A stretch of DNA of 64,000 bases from positions 9,672-73,671 of the forward strand of contig DAOVVV010000003.1 in assembly GCA_030637025.1 (NCBI GenBank), written 5' to 3'. How positions within the stretch are numbered: position 1 is the stretch's first letter; each line of letters starts with the position of its first letter. Below the pieces are notes generated by a model. It had not been told where the DNA came from and did no database searches. It saw nothing but the letters and a program-made list of their open reading frames with translations. The position numbers were made by a program, and so were the translations under genes. Origin of the DNA: Clostridia bacterium (GTDB lineage: Bacteria > CBDUZB01 > JAGLHV01). Shown in pieces: positions 28,723 through 39,092 of this stretch.

Positions 28723-31536
28723 TTATGCATTGCAGAGCATATTTTTCACCACTGTTACACATCGATGACACAACTGGGAATGTTCACTGTCTTCCCCCAC
28801 CCTTTCGCTATAATTCCAGCAACGCACACATTTCTCTCCTACAGCAAAGGAAACTTTTATTTTTAAAAGCGGCAAATCCTCATCCTTATAGGCATCAGAC
28901 GGACCCTCACTATCAAAAAAATCTACCTGAGAAACAATAAAAACTGTTGCCCAGATATTTTTATTTTCCTGTAAAAATTGATACCAATCCACAGCAGTAG
29001 TATAGATTTCTATTTTGGCTTCTAAAGAATTACCGATTATTTTTCCGGTACGTGCTTTTTCCAGTGCCCTGGTCACAATACTTTTAACCTTCAATATTTT
29101 TGCCCATTTTTCATCTAAATCATCATTTTTCCACAAGTTGTTTTCCCGGGGAAAATCTGAAAGAAAAACACTCTTTTCTTTTTTGGATAAAAATTGCCAG
29201 ACTTCTTCACAAGTATGAGAAAGTATCGGAGCCAACAATTTCACTATACTCAACAAAATTTCAGACATTACCGTTTGTGCAGATCTTCTTTGCTTAGAAT
29301 CTACCTGAAAAGTATATAACCTGTCTTTTAAAACATCCAAATAAAACGAAGAAAGCTGCACGGCACAAAAATTATGAATTAATTTATAGACCCGATGAAA
29401 TTGATAATTATTATATCCATAAATCACTTCTTCAATCAGTTTTTGTAATTTGTGCAATGCCCATTTATCTATCTCTTCTAATTGCTCATAAGAAACTTTC
29501 TGTTCAAAATTAAAATCGTTAAGATTGGACAACAAATAACGTATAGTATTACGTATGCGGCGATATGTATCTATCGATTGATTAATAATTTCTCCGGAAA
29601 GACGTATATCTTCTGCATAATTTTCCGAAGAAACCCAAAGCCTCAGGATATCCGCTCCATAATCCTTAATTATTTCCTGAGGGGCAATAACATTTCCTAA
29701 AGATTTACTCATTTTCTTCCCTTCTCCGTCTACTATAAATCCGTGAGTTAAAACAGAACCAAAAGGTGCTTTTCCATTTAAAGCACAGGAAATAAGCAAA
29801 GAAACCTGAAACCATCCTCTGTGCTGGTCTGACCCTTCCAGGTATAAATCAGCAGGCCAGGAAAGAAAATCCCTCATCTTCAATACCGCTTCACTACTTA
29901 CTGCAGAATCAAACCATACATCTAATATATCTTCTTCTTTTTTAAATACCCCTTTTCCACATTTTAAACAACGAATATCTGAAGATAAAATTTCTTCCGG
30001 TTTCCGGATAAACCAGCTGTCGGACCCTTCTTTACTAAATAATTCCCCTACTGCCTCTATTGCTTCTTCATTTAATAAGGGCTCATTACACTCCCGGCAA
30101 TAAAAAATAGGTAAAGGAATCCCCCAATAACGCTGCCGGGAAAGACACCAGTCAGGACGGTTTTCCACCATTGCTTTTATTCTCTTTTCCCCTGCGGAAG
30201 GGATCCAGTTTACTTTTGTGCTTTCTGCAACGGCAACAGAGCGTAAATCATTTTTATCTATCTTCATAAACCATTGGTCGGTAGAACGGAAAATAACCGG
30301 TTTCTTACAACGCCAGCAATGAGGATAAGAATGCTCAATCTCCCGGGTATAAAGAAGATTTCCTGATTCTTTAATTTTTTCAATGATTTTAGAATTACAA
30401 TCCCATACATTCTGCCCTGAAAATAACTCTACTTCTTTAGTAAATCTTCCTTTTTCATCCACCGGGGAATAAATCGGTAAATTATATCTTAAGCCTGCCG
30501 CATAATCTTCCTGGCCGTGTCCGGGAGCTATATGAACAACACCCGTTCCCTCCTCTATACTTACAAAATCACCCAATATTCCTACGGATATCTTTTCTAA
30601 AAAAGGATGTTTACATTTTATTCCACTCAGTTCTCTTCCTTTTAAAATCTTTACAACCTTATATTCTTCAATTCCTATCTTGTCCTTAAGCGCGGGTAAT
30701 AAATCCTTAGCGATAATTAACAGTTCTTCTTTATCGGAAGAAAACTTACAATAAGTTAAAGCATAATCAAATTCAGGATGAAAACATAATGCCTGATTAG
30801 CCGGTAAAGTCCAGGGAGTAGTTGTCCAGACTAAAACCGAGGGTAAAGAAGTAAATTTTTCTTTACCCAGCAAAGAAATACTTTCTTCTTTTAAATCAAA
30901 TTTTACATAAATAGAAGGAGAGGAATGATCCATGTATTCTACTTCTGCCTCAGCTAAAGCAGTTTCACAACTAATACACCAGTAAACAGGTTTTACCCCC
31001 CTGTAAATATATCCTTTTTTTACTAATTCTTTAAAAACTTTTATCGTTTTAGCTTCATAGTTAGGATTAATAGTTAAATAAGGATTTTCCCAATCAGCAA
31101 ATATTCCTAATCTCTTAAATTCTTCTTTTTGAACTTTAACAAACTTTAGAGCATATTGAGCTGCTTTTCGGCGAAACTTCACTCTTTCTATTTCATTTTT
31201 ATTTATGCCTAATTTTTTAAACAACTGAAATTCAATAGGTAAACCATGACAATCCCATCCCGGAACAAAAGGAACACTAAAATCAGACATAGATTTATAC
31301 TTAACAATAATATCTTTCAGTATTTTATTTAAAGCATGTCCCATATGAATATTCCCGTTAGCATAAGGAGGACCGTCATGGAGAATGAATTTCTTTTTAT
31401 TCATATTCTTTTTTTGAATTAAATCATATAATTTAAGTTCACTCCATACTTTTTGTATTTGTATCTCCTTTTGAGGTAAATTAGCTTTCATCGGGAATTT
31501 AGTCTTAGGCAAATTCAATGTCTTATTGTATTCCAT
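28723..31536 (-). CDS. ileS: isoleucyl-tRNA synthetase (type 1, with C-terminal zinc-binding Cys cluster)
   Basis: 937 aa with PYANGNIHMGHALNK (HIGH-type), GKKMSKSLGN (KMSKS) and the C-terminal CVRCWNY...CHRC. Confidence 0.95.
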   Translation of the reverse strand: MEYNKTLNLPKTKFPMKANLPQKEIQIQKVWSELKLYDLIQKKNMNKKKFILHDGPPYANGNIHMGHALNKILKDIIVKYKSMSDFSVPFVPGWDCHGLPIEFQLFKKLGINKNEIERVKFRRKAAQYALKFVKVQKEEFKRLGIFADWENPYLTINPNYEAKTIKVFKELVKKGYIYRGVKPVYWCISCETALAEAEVEYMDHSSPSIYVKFDLKEESISLLGKEKFTSLPSVLVWTTTPWTLPANQALCFHPEFDYALTYCKFSSDKEELLIIAKDLLPALKDKIGIEEYKVVKILKGRELSGIKCKHPFLEKISVGILGDFVSIEEGTGVVHIAPGHGQEDYAAGLRYNLPIYSPVDEKGRFTKEVELFSGQNVWDCNSKIIEKIKESGNLLYTREIEHSYPHCWRCKKPVIFRSTDQWFMKIDKNDLRSVAVAESTKVNWIPSAGEKRIKAMVENRPDWCLSRQRYWGIPLPIFYCRECNEPLLNEEAIEAVGELFSKEGSDSWFIRKPEEILSSDIRCLKCGKGVFKKEEDILDVWFDSAVSSEAVLKMRDFLSWPADLYLEGSDQHRGWFQVSLLISCALNGKAPFGSVLTHGFIVDGEGKKMSKSLGNVIAPQEIIKDYGADILRLWVSSENYAEDIRLSGEIINQSIDTYRRIRNTIRYLLSNLNDFNFEQKVSYEQLEEIDKWALHKLQKLIEEVIYGYNNYQFHRVYKLIHNFCAVQLSSFYLDVLKDRLYTFQVDSKQRRSAQTVMSEILLSIVKLLAPILSHTCEEVWQFLSKKEKSVFLSDFPRENNLWKNDDLDEKWAKILKVKSIVTRALEKARTGKIIGNSLEAKIEIYTTAVDWYQFLQENKNIWATVFIVSQVDFFDSEGPSDAYKDEDLPLLKIKVSFAVGEKCVRCWNYSERVGEDSEHSQLCHRCVTVVKNMLCNA

Positions 31537-31690
31537 CTTTCCTCCGGTTTAAAATTATCCAATAAATTTTATTTATCTTTTATAACTGTGTTATCCTCAA
31601 AAATAGCCAACACTTTCTTTTTATATTATCTAAAAGGGAAAGCAATAAAAAACCACATTCCCATTCATTCACAATTATAAATACAGCTTT

Positions 31691-31960
31691 TTATCCAATC
31701 ATCCATCTTTTCACCAAACAAAATAAACCTATTAAAACAAAAACAGTAGTCACGGATAAAGTAACTTCTCCTTTAATAGGTAAAAAAAGCCTGGCCTTTT
31801 TTAAAATAAAATCAGTTAATTCTTTAATGGCCGTTCCCATGGGTATTGTTCCAATTTCTTTCTTTTTTACATGAACAAATATTTTAATTAATAAAACCGC
31901 CGTAAAAAGAACTATCACACTGTTAACCAAATATCCAACAAATCTTAATAAAAAATCCAT
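31691..31960 (-). CDS. small membrane protein, YggT-like
   Basis: 89 aa with two hydrophobic helices. IKELTDFILKKARLFLPIKGEVTLSVTTVFVL resembles the YggT core. It lies directly downstream of proC, a common synteny. Confidence 0.55.
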   Translation of the reverse strand: MDFLLRFVGYLVNSVIVLFTAVLLIKIFVHVKKKEIGTIPMGTAIKELTDFILKKARLFLPIKGEVTLSVTTVFVLIGLFCLVKRWMIG

Positions 31961-31978
31961 TTCCCCTTCCCCCTTTAT

Positions 31979-32818
31979 TTATTTTATAGAGAGCTCCTCC
32001 GCTCTCTTTTTTGCTTTTTTTATTGCTTCTACTAAAATACCCGCAAAATATTTTTCTTCCAAATAGTCTAAAGCCTGCTGAGTAGTACCACCCGGAGAAG
32101 TTACCCGTTCCCGCAATTGGTCCGGAGATATTTTAGTTTCATTTACCATGTTTATCGCCCCTAAAATAGTTTGCTCTGATAGAATTTGCGACATTTCTTC
32201 CGGCAATTTCATTTCTTTTCCTGCTCTAATTAAAATCTCCAATAAATAAAAAAGGTAAGCAGGTCCGCTTCCGGATAAAGCCGTTACCGCATCCATCTCT
32301 TTTTCCTGGCATTTTAGTACTTTTCCAACACATCCGAAAATTTCTTCTGTTATTTTTTCGTGATTTATCCGGGAATATTTACCCGAGCAAAAAGCAGACA
32401 TTCCCTGTCTGACTAAAACTGCGATATTAGGCATCACTCTAATTAAAGGAACTTGGTCATTTATTTGTTTTTCAATATAAACAGTAGTAGCCCCGGCAAC
32501 AATAGAAATAACCAATTGATGCGGTAATAATTGCTTGCCTATTTCGTTTAAAACTTCCTCTAACATCTGTGGTTTAATCGAAAGAACAATAAAATCCACC
32601 TTTTCCACAGCATCCCGGTTATTTAAAAAGGTATTTATTCCTGTCTCTTTTTTAATATATTCCAGTCTTTCTTTTTTTATATCCGTGGCTATAATCTGCT
32701 GTTTATCCATTAATTTAGCCTTTAGGATACCTTTAATTAACGCTTCCGCCATATTCCCTGCGCCAATAAAAACAATTTTCTTATTATCAAAAATACTTGT
32801 TTCTGCTTTTGCTTTCAT
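31979..32818 (-). CDS. proC: pyrroline-5-carboxylate reductase
   Basis: 279 aa with the NAD(P) fold IVFIGAGNMAEALIKG and the C-terminal VTSPGGTTQQAL. Confidence 0.92.
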   Translation of the reverse strand: MKAKAETSIFDNKKIVFIGAGNMAEALIKGILKAKLMDKQQIIATDIKKERLEYIKKETGINTFLNNRDAVEKVDFIVLSIKPQMLEEVLNEIGKQLLPHQLVISIVAGATTVYIEKQINDQVPLIRVMPNIAVLVRQGMSAFCSGKYSRINHEKITEEIFGCVGKVLKCQEKEMDAVTALSGSGPAYLFYLLEILIRAGKEMKLPEEMSQILSEQTILGAINMVNETKISPDQLRERVTSPGGTTQQALDYLEEKYFAGILVEAIKKAKKRAEELSIK

Positions 32819-32987
32819 TTTCTAAAACCTTTCCTATTTGTTTTTATTCTATTGGTTACCTGATTCTACATGATTTACAAAAATTGAAATTTTTATTCAA
32901 CAAAGTACTGTTCTTAAGTTTTTTCTTGCATTTTTTCTGTCAATATGCTATATTTTATCACATTTATATTATCTAAAGGAGAAAAAA

Positions 32988-33179
32988 ATGTCTTTTCAAT
33001 GTACAATTTGTCACAAAAAATCAATGAGCGGAAACGCAATCAGCCATTCAAAAAGGCACACTAAACGAAAATTCAAACCAAACTTACAAAAAATCAATAT
33101 ATTAGTTTCCGGTAGAAAACAAAAAGTTTATGTCTGCACCCAGTGTATCCAGGCCGGAAAAATAACCAAAGCCGGTTAA
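32988..33179 (+). CDS. rpmB: 50S ribosomal protein L28
   Basis: 63 aa. C-x-I-C-x-K...GNAISHSKRHTKRKFKPNLQK matches the L28 core, and GGAG precedes the ATG. Confidence 0.9.
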   Translation: MSFQCTICHKKSMSGNAISHSKRHTKRKFKPNLQKINILVSGRKQKVYVCTQCIQAGKITKAG

Positions 33180-34222
33180 AAGGGTACGCTTAAAGAACAA
33201 AGGAAATTATTTATTACCTCATCGGAAGTTACCGATAAATGGTATCTCTTCATAGCTAAATCTACTACATATTCTTCTTTCTTAAAACCTATTCCTGCAG
33301 TATAAGTTATTTGTCTTGCCTGATTAAGATTCTCGCCGTTCATTCCCCCTCGTAAAAAAACGGTATCCATAATTATTTGTTCCAGTCCTACATGATAAAT
33401 CTTTTTGTCACTTGTCTTTTCATACATTCTATCCTCATAATCCCAGGAAAAAGTTAATAAATCAGTCATTTTCATAGCAAAACCCATTCTTACCACCAAA
33501 GGAAGTTGTTCTGTTTTATAATCATCCCAAAACATATAACCAGGGAAGTTTTGAAACATTATTCCTCCATGAAAAAATTTCCGTATGACATAAATAAATC
33601 CCCAATCAAAACTAAGTCCACTTCCGTCGGAAATATTCTGTTCCGCTTCACCCCATAAATCATTTACTTTGTTTTTCTCAGATACTGCCATTCGTCCACT
33701 AAGATAACTCATATTTATCCCGCCAATTAAAGATGCACTATAAGACTTGCAAACAGAAAACATATACTGACTTATCTTTACTTCTATATCCTTCCATGTT
33801 TCATGCCGGTCACCATCAATAACTTCCTGGAAATAATTATATTCCGTATAATTAGATAATTCCCTCCAACTAATTGCTCCCTGAGGACTGGCAAAAACTA
33901 AATGAGAAAATCTCTTGCCTCTCAATGGTTCATTGGCTATAACCTCCTCCCATAAGAGACTGCTCTGATAACTAAAATTAAGCATAAAAGAAAGAGAATT
34001 ACTTTTTAAATTATATAAACCGGCCGGATTCCAAAAAGGAGCATCTGCCGTATCAGAAACAGCAACAAAAGCTCCTCCCAGTGCAATCGGCCGTGCCCCG
34101 ATATCCATCCCATCATAAGCATAATATTGGGTAGGGGGCTTTTCTTTAGCAAAAACAACCATACTATAACTTTGACTTAAAAAAACCAGCAAACAAAAAT
34201 TAATTAAAATTTTTTTTCTCAT
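33176..34222 (-). CDS. outer-membrane beta-barrel protein (PorV/PorQ-like N-terminal motif; family tentative)
   Basis: 348 aa with a signal peptide (LLVFLSQSYSMVVFA). The motif is GARPIALGGAFVAVSDTADAPFWNPAGL. It has alternating strands and a terminal F (SLSVPF). Confidence 0.6.
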   Translation of the reverse strand: MRKKILINFCLLVFLSQSYSMVVFAKEKPPTQYYAYDGMDIGARPIALGGAFVAVSDTADAPFWNPAGLYNLKSNSLSFMLNFSYQSSLLWEEVIANEPLRGKRFSHLVFASPQGAISWRELSNYTEYNYFQEVIDGDRHETWKDIEVKISQYMFSVCKSYSASLIGGINMSYLSGRMAVSEKNKVNDLWGEAEQNISDGSGLSFDWGFIYVIRKFFHGGIMFQNFPGYMFWDDYKTEQLPLVVRMGFAMKMTDLLTFSWDYEDRMYEKTSDKKIYHVGLEQIIMDTVFLRGGMNGENLNQARQITYTAGIGFKKEEYVVDLAMKRYHLSVTSDEVINNFLCSLSVPF

Positions 34223-34266
34223 TTATCCCCCTAATATAATTTTACTTATCGCCAAATTAATAAATT

Positions 34267-35034
34267 TTAATCAGCTAAATATTTATTTTTCTTGTTTTTT
34301 TTTTCTTTAGATATTTTTTTACACAAATCATCACTAATAAATTCTTTTTCTATCTCCTTTTCCCTCATCTTTAAATATTCATCTATTTTGCAGGTAATTC
34401 CTTCCATTGTTTCTATTTTCTCCAATCTTTTTTCCATTTTATTTAATTCAGCCAGAATTAATTTAACCGCATCTGCGACCGGATCGGGCAATTTTCCATG
34501 CTCTAAATCCATTTTAAATTTTTCCTCCCGTTCTACCACTCTTCCCGGTACACCAATTACTGTCGACTGAGCAGGAACATCTCTGATAACTACCGAACCA
34601 GCACCGATTTTTGCCCCTTTCCCCACGGTTATCGGACCCAAAAGAATTGCCCCGGCACCTACGACAACATTTTCCTTAAGGGTTGGATGCCTTTTTCCTT
34701 TTTCTAAAGAGGTTCCTCCTAAAACCACCCCCTGATAAAGCAAACACCCATCTTCTATCCGGGTAGTCTCTCCTATAACAACACCCATCCCATGATCAAT
34801 AAAAAATCTTCTGCCGATTTCTGCTCCGGGGTGAATTTCAATTCCGGTAATAAACCGACTGAAATGAGAAATACAACGAGCTAAACAGGTTATCTTTAAC
34901 TTGAAAAATAAATGTGCTATCCGATGTAACCATAAAGCATGCAACCCCGGATAACATAAAAGAACCTCTAAGTATCCTTTAGCTGCCGGATCCTTAATGA
35001 AAACAACCTTTATATCTTCTAACCATTTAAACAT
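34267..35034 (-). CDS. cysE: serine O-acetyltransferase
   Basis: 255 aa with [27 protein letters not shown], hexapeptide repeats ([22 protein letters not shown]) and a Lys-rich C-terminal tail. Confidence 0.9.
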   Translation of the reverse strand: MFKWLEDIKVVFIKDPAAKGYLEVLLCYPGLHALWLHRIAHLFFKLKITCLARCISHFSRFITGIEIHPGAEIGRRFFIDHGMGVVIGETTRIEDGCLLYQGVVLGGTSLEKGKRHPTLKENVVVGAGAILLGPITVGKGAKIGAGSVVIRDVPAQSTVIGVPGRVVEREEKFKMDLEHGKLPDPVADAVKLILAELNKMEKRLEKIETMEGITCKIDEYLKMREKEIEKEFISDDLCKKISKEKKNKKNKYLAD

Positions 35035-35092
35035 TTTTTATCTTCCTGTTATTTTTTAACGACAAATTTACCTACTATCTTTTAAAGATAAA

Positions 35093-36835
35093 TCAGGCTT
35101 CTTGTATTCCGCTACCGGAAGACATAAATTGTAATTCATATAATTTTTTATATATCCCGCTTTGCCCGATAAGTTCCTCATGCTTCCCTGCCTGAACAAT
35201 TTTACCTTTATCTATTACTATAATTTTATCCGCTTTTCTAATAGTGGATAAACGATGAGCAATTACTAATACCGTCCTCTTCTCCATTAAATGTTCCAGA
35301 GCTTCCTGAACTAATAATTCTGACTCTGTATCTAAAGAAGAAGTAGCTTCATCTAAAATCAAAATAGAAGGATTCCTTAAAATAGCCCTGGCAATAGCAA
35401 TTCTTTGTTTCTGCCCCCCGGATAACACAACCCCCCTTTCACCGATAACCGTATCATAACCTTCGGGCATCTGAGTAATAAAGTCATGTGATTCCGCTGT
35501 TTTAGCTGCGCGAATTATTTCCTCCTCCGAAGCATTCATATTTCCATATGCAATATTATTTTTCAGAGTATCATTAAATAGAATCGTCTCCTGAGTAACT
35601 ATTCCTACTATTTTACGTAAAGAACTCAACGTAAAATCCTTTATATTATTTCCATCTATAAGAATATTTCCCCGGCCGGTATCGTAAAAACGAAGTAATA
35701 AATTCACTATACTTGTTTTTCCTGCTCCCGAAGGACCGACAAAAGCTACAATTTCTCCTTTTTTTACGGTAAAATTTACATTTTTTAAAACATCTTCGGT
35801 GGAAGAATTATAACCAAAGAACAAATCCTTATAAATAATTTCTTTTTTAAAAGAGGTTAAAGGATATGCTTTTTCTTTTTCTATCACTGTTATTTTTTCA
35901 TCTAAAATCTGGAATATTCTTTCGGCCGCAGCTATTGCCTGTTGAATTTTATTGTTCATTTTGGAAAAACTTTTTATAGGATTATAAGCAGAAAATGCCG
36001 CTCCTACGAAGGCAAAAAAAGCTCCTGCCGTCCATAATCCACGAATAACATCCCTGCCGCCATACCAAATAATAAAAGCAACTCCCAATGCTCCTAAAAA
36101 TTCCATTACAGGAGAAGTTAATGCTTCTACTCTCATTGAACGCATTATTATACTGAAAAAATTACGATTTTCTTTTGCAAACTTTTCAACTTCATGTTTT
36201 TCCATATTAAATGCTTTTACTATTTTTACACCGGTAACGGTTTCCTGCAATATAGAATAAATATCCCCCATTTTTTTTTGTCCCTGTCGGCCAACCCTGC
36301 GTAATTTTCTGCCAAATTTCACAATAGGAAGACTGGTCAACGGGAAAATAAAAACAGCAATAAAAGCAAATTTCCAATGCAGATAAAAAAGTAATATAGT
36401 TAAAAATATAATAGTAAATCCATCCCGGATAATACAAGCAGGAACCCTTACTATTGCTTCACGCAAGGCATATATATCGTTAGTTAAACGTGACATTATT
36501 TCACCTGTAGAGTTTTTATTATAAAAATCCAGTGAAAGCCTTTGTAATTTTTCATATAGCTGATTACGAATATTTAAAACTACTTTCTGACCTATATAAC
36601 CCATAAGATAAGTCTGTCCATAAGCAAATAATCCTTTAAACATATAAATTAAAGGAACAACTACACAAATCAACAATAACATTTTTGTATTTTTTTCAAT
36701 CAAAATTTTATCCACTACATCTTTAAGGATATACATAGAAATAGCAGTTAAAGCAGCTACAAATATCATACACACCATTGATTCGGCAAATCTAAGTTTA
36801 TAGGGTTTAACGTAAGAAAGTAAACGCTTATACAA
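35093..36835 (-). CDS. msbA: lipid A export ABC transporter, fused permease/ATPase (MsbA-type)
   Basis: 580 aa with a 6-TM N-domain, Walker A GPSGAGKTS, signature LSGGQKQR and Walker B ILILDEATSSLD. It is adjacent to lpxB. Confidence 0.85.
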   Translation of the reverse strand: MYKRLLSYVKPYKLRFAESMVCMIFVAALTAISMYILKDVVDKILIEKNTKMLLLICVVVPLIYMFKGLFAYGQTYLMGYIGQKVVLNIRNQLYEKLQRLSLDFYNKNSTGEIMSRLTNDIYALREAIVRVPACIIRDGFTIIFLTILLFYLHWKFAFIAVFIFPLTSLPIVKFGRKLRRVGRQGQKKMGDIYSILQETVTGVKIVKAFNMEKHEVEKFAKENRNFFSIIMRSMRVEALTSPVMEFLGALGVAFIIWYGGRDVIRGLWTAGAFFAFVGAAFSAYNPIKSFSKMNNKIQQAIAAAERIFQILDEKITVIEKEKAYPLTSFKKEIIYKDLFFGYNSSTEDVLKNVNFTVKKGEIVAFVGPSGAGKTSIVNLLLRFYDTGRGNILIDGNNIKDFTLSSLRKIVGIVTQETILFNDTLKNNIAYGNMNASEEEIIRAAKTAESHDFITQMPEGYDTVIGERGVVLSGGQKQRIAIARAILRNPSILILDEATSSLDTESELLVQEALEHLMEKRTVLVIAHRLSTIRKADKIIVIDKGKIVQAGKHEELIGQSGIYKKLYELQFMSSGSGIQEA

Positions 36836-36849
36836 TTTATCATCCTTCT

Positions 36850-37980
36850 CTATATTAATAATTTTTGTATTTCTTCTGCCGCTTTTCTGGAAGCTCCCGG
36901 TTTTCCCAGTTTTTCTTTTACTATCTGCAACTTATCTTTAATTTTCAACAATACCTGTGGAGATTTCAACCAGGTTAAGGCTACTTTAATAATCTCTTCT
37001 GAATCTATTTCTTTTTGAATAAACTCAGGAACGATTTTTTCTTCTGCAATTATATTTACCAAACCAATATAAGGAACATTTATCAATCTTTTTGCTAAAA
37101 AATAAGTTACCCCGGAAACCTTATACATAATAATCATAGGAACATTTAAACAGGCATTTTCCAATGTTGCTGTTCCTGAAGCAACTAAGGCAAAATCCAT
37201 TATATTTCTTATATTATAATCTTTATCCCTAACCACTAGAAACTTATTATCCGGAATCTTAAATTGCCGAAGATAATTTTCCTCTATATTCCCGGATAAA
37301 GGCAAAACAAACTGCACTTCCGGCATCTCGGAAATTATTTTTTTACTTATCTTCAACATTGCCGGTAATAAATAATCAATTTCCTGTTTACGGCTACCCG
37401 GCATAATTCCAATAATAGGATTTTTTTCTTCCAACCCCAGCAAATTACATGTTTTACTTTTAGTCTTATTGGGATTTATTATCTCCAGCATTGGATGCCC
37501 GACAAAAGAAACATCTATTTTTTCCCTCTTATACATTCGTTCCTCAAAAGAGAAAAAAACCAACATTTTCCTGACCATCCGGGATATTTTTTTTATCCTG
37601 TTTTTACCCCATGCCCATACTTGCGGGGAAACATAATACACCACCGGAATATTCATTTTTTTGGCTACATTAGCTACCCTTAAATTAAATCCGGGGGCAT
37701 CAATTAGTACTATTATGTCAGGCTTTTCTTTTTTAAGAAAAGATTTAACCTGATTAAAAACCTTCCAAAAATCCACTAAATTTTTTAGTACCTCAAAAAA
37801 ACCTATTACCGTTAAATCCACTAAATTATATAAAAAATTAATTTTTTCCGCCTGCATTTTTTCTCCGCCTAAAGCATAAATTTCAATCCCGGGAGAAACT
37901 TGCCGCAAATTACTAATCAAACTTGCCCCATATGTATCACCGGAAGGATCTCCGGCAATAATAAGTATTCTTTTAGACAT
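36850..37980 (-). CDS. lpxB: lipid-A-disaccharide synthase
   Basis: 376 aa with the N-terminus ILIIAGDPSGDTYGASL and a GT19-like layout. It has an 8-nt overlap with the upstream oxidoreductase gene. Confidence 0.9.
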   Translation of the reverse strand: MSKRILIIAGDPSGDTYGASLISNLRQVSPGIEIYALGGEKMQAEKINFLYNLVDLTVIGFFEVLKNLVDFWKVFNQVKSFLKKEKPDIIVLIDAPGFNLRVANVAKKMNIPVVYYVSPQVWAWGKNRIKKISRMVRKMLVFFSFEERMYKREKIDVSFVGHPMLEIINPNKTKSKTCNLLGLEEKNPIIGIMPGSRKQEIDYLLPAMLKISKKIISEMPEVQFVLPLSGNIEENYLRQFKIPDNKFLVVRDKDYNIRNIMDFALVASGTATLENACLNVPMIIMYKVSGVTYFLAKRLINVPYIGLVNIIAEEKIVPEFIQKEIDSEEIIKVALTWLKSPQVLLKIKDKLQIVKEKLGKPGASRKAAEEIQKLLI

Positions 37981-38926
37981 TATTATTACATACCTTTAAT
38001 TTTTTCAAAATTTCCAAACCTACTTCCAAAGCATCTTTTCCGTGTTCCCCGGAAACAAGCGGCTTTTTTCCTCCTTTAATACATCCAACAAATTCTTCGA
38101 GTTCCGTTTTAAGAGGCTCTCTGGAAAGTAATTTTGGTTTAATTATTTCTATATCGGACATAGACTTCACGGAGGACAAAGACTTCTTCTTTTTATAAAT
38201 TTTTAAACTTTGCTTTGCATAATCCAAAGAAATATAAGCATTTTCCTGAAATATACGAATCTTTCTCATTGCTTCCAAAGTAACCCTGCTGGCGGTAATA
38301 TTAGCTACACACCCGTTTTCAAAGTTAATATGTGCAGTAGCAATATCTTCTTTATCGGTTAAAATAGCCGCCCCCACCGCATCAATATTAATTACCGGAG
38401 AATTTACCAGAAACAGAATAATATCAATATCGTGAATCATTAAATCTAAAACTACTCCTACCTCACTGGCCCGGGGATTAAAAGGGCCTAATCTGTAACT
38501 TTCAATAAACCGGGGATTGGATATATGTTTTTGCGCCTCACTAACAGCCTGATTAAATCTTTCAATATGCCCTACCTGCAAAATGCAATTATTTTCTTTG
38601 GCTGTTTTAAGTAATTCTTCTGCTTCCTCCAAAGAATTAGTAATTGGTTTTTCTATTAAAGTATGCACCCCCGCCTTTAAGAATTCTTTTCCAACGTTGT
38701 AGTGTAACTTAGTAGGAACAGCAATACTCACTGCTTGTATTTTAGAAGAAAGTTCCTCTATTGAAGTATAAACCGGGACTTTATATTCTCTGGAAATTTT
38801 TAAAGCCCTCTTCTCATCTACATCAATTATTCCTACTAATTCTACATCTTCCATTTTACTATAAATACGTGCATGATGCTGTCCTAAATACCCTACTCCT
38901 ACTACACCTATCTTTACTTTATTCAC
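37973..38926 (-). CDS. Gfo/Idh/MocA-family NAD-dependent oxidoreductase (possible GnnA-like UDP-GlcNAc 3-dehydrogenase)
   Basis: 317 aa with the Rossmann motif IGVVGVGYLGQHHA and LIEKPIT. It is embedded between lpxI and lpxB. Confidence 0.75.
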   Translation of the reverse strand: MNKVKIGVVGVGYLGQHHARIYSKMEDVELVGIIDVDEKRALKISREYKVPVYTSIEELSSKIQAVSIAVPTKLHYNVGKEFLKAGVHTLIEKPITNSLEEAEELLKTAKENNCILQVGHIERFNQAVSEAQKHISNPRFIESYRLGPFNPRASEVGVVLDLMIHDIDIILFLVNSPVINIDAVGAAILTDKEDIATAHINFENGCVANITASRVTLEAMRKIRIFQENAYISLDYAKQSLKIYKKKKSLSSVKSMSDIEIIKPKLLSREPLKTELEEFVGCIKGGKKPLVSGEHGKDALEVGLEILKKLKVCNNNV

Positions 38927-38977
38927 TTTGTCTTTCTCCCTGTTTCACCAAATTAACTAAAATCCTATGAGAAATAA

Positions 38978-39002
38978 CCCCGTACCCTGAAAAAGTACGG
39001 GG
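38978..39002 (-). terminator. Rho-independent terminator candidate downstream of lpxI
   Basis: The minus strand reads CCCCGTAC-TTTTTCAGG-GTACGGGG followed by TTATTTCTCAT. The stem is 8 bp and GC-rich, rare in this AT-rich DNA. It starts about 90 nt after the lpxI stop codon. Confidence 0.6.
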
Positions 39003-39092
39003 AAAATATCCTCTTCCAACATAAAATCATTCATTCCATTAGCTATTTTAATAACCCAATATCGGCAATACCCGTATTTCTTAATTTCTATC

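Noticed and set aside
31537-31690. Possible T-box leader upstream of ileS.
   Set aside because: The spacer is only 154 nt. It has no T-box sequence (AGGGTGGTACCGCG-like) and no terminator/antiterminator pair that I could see.
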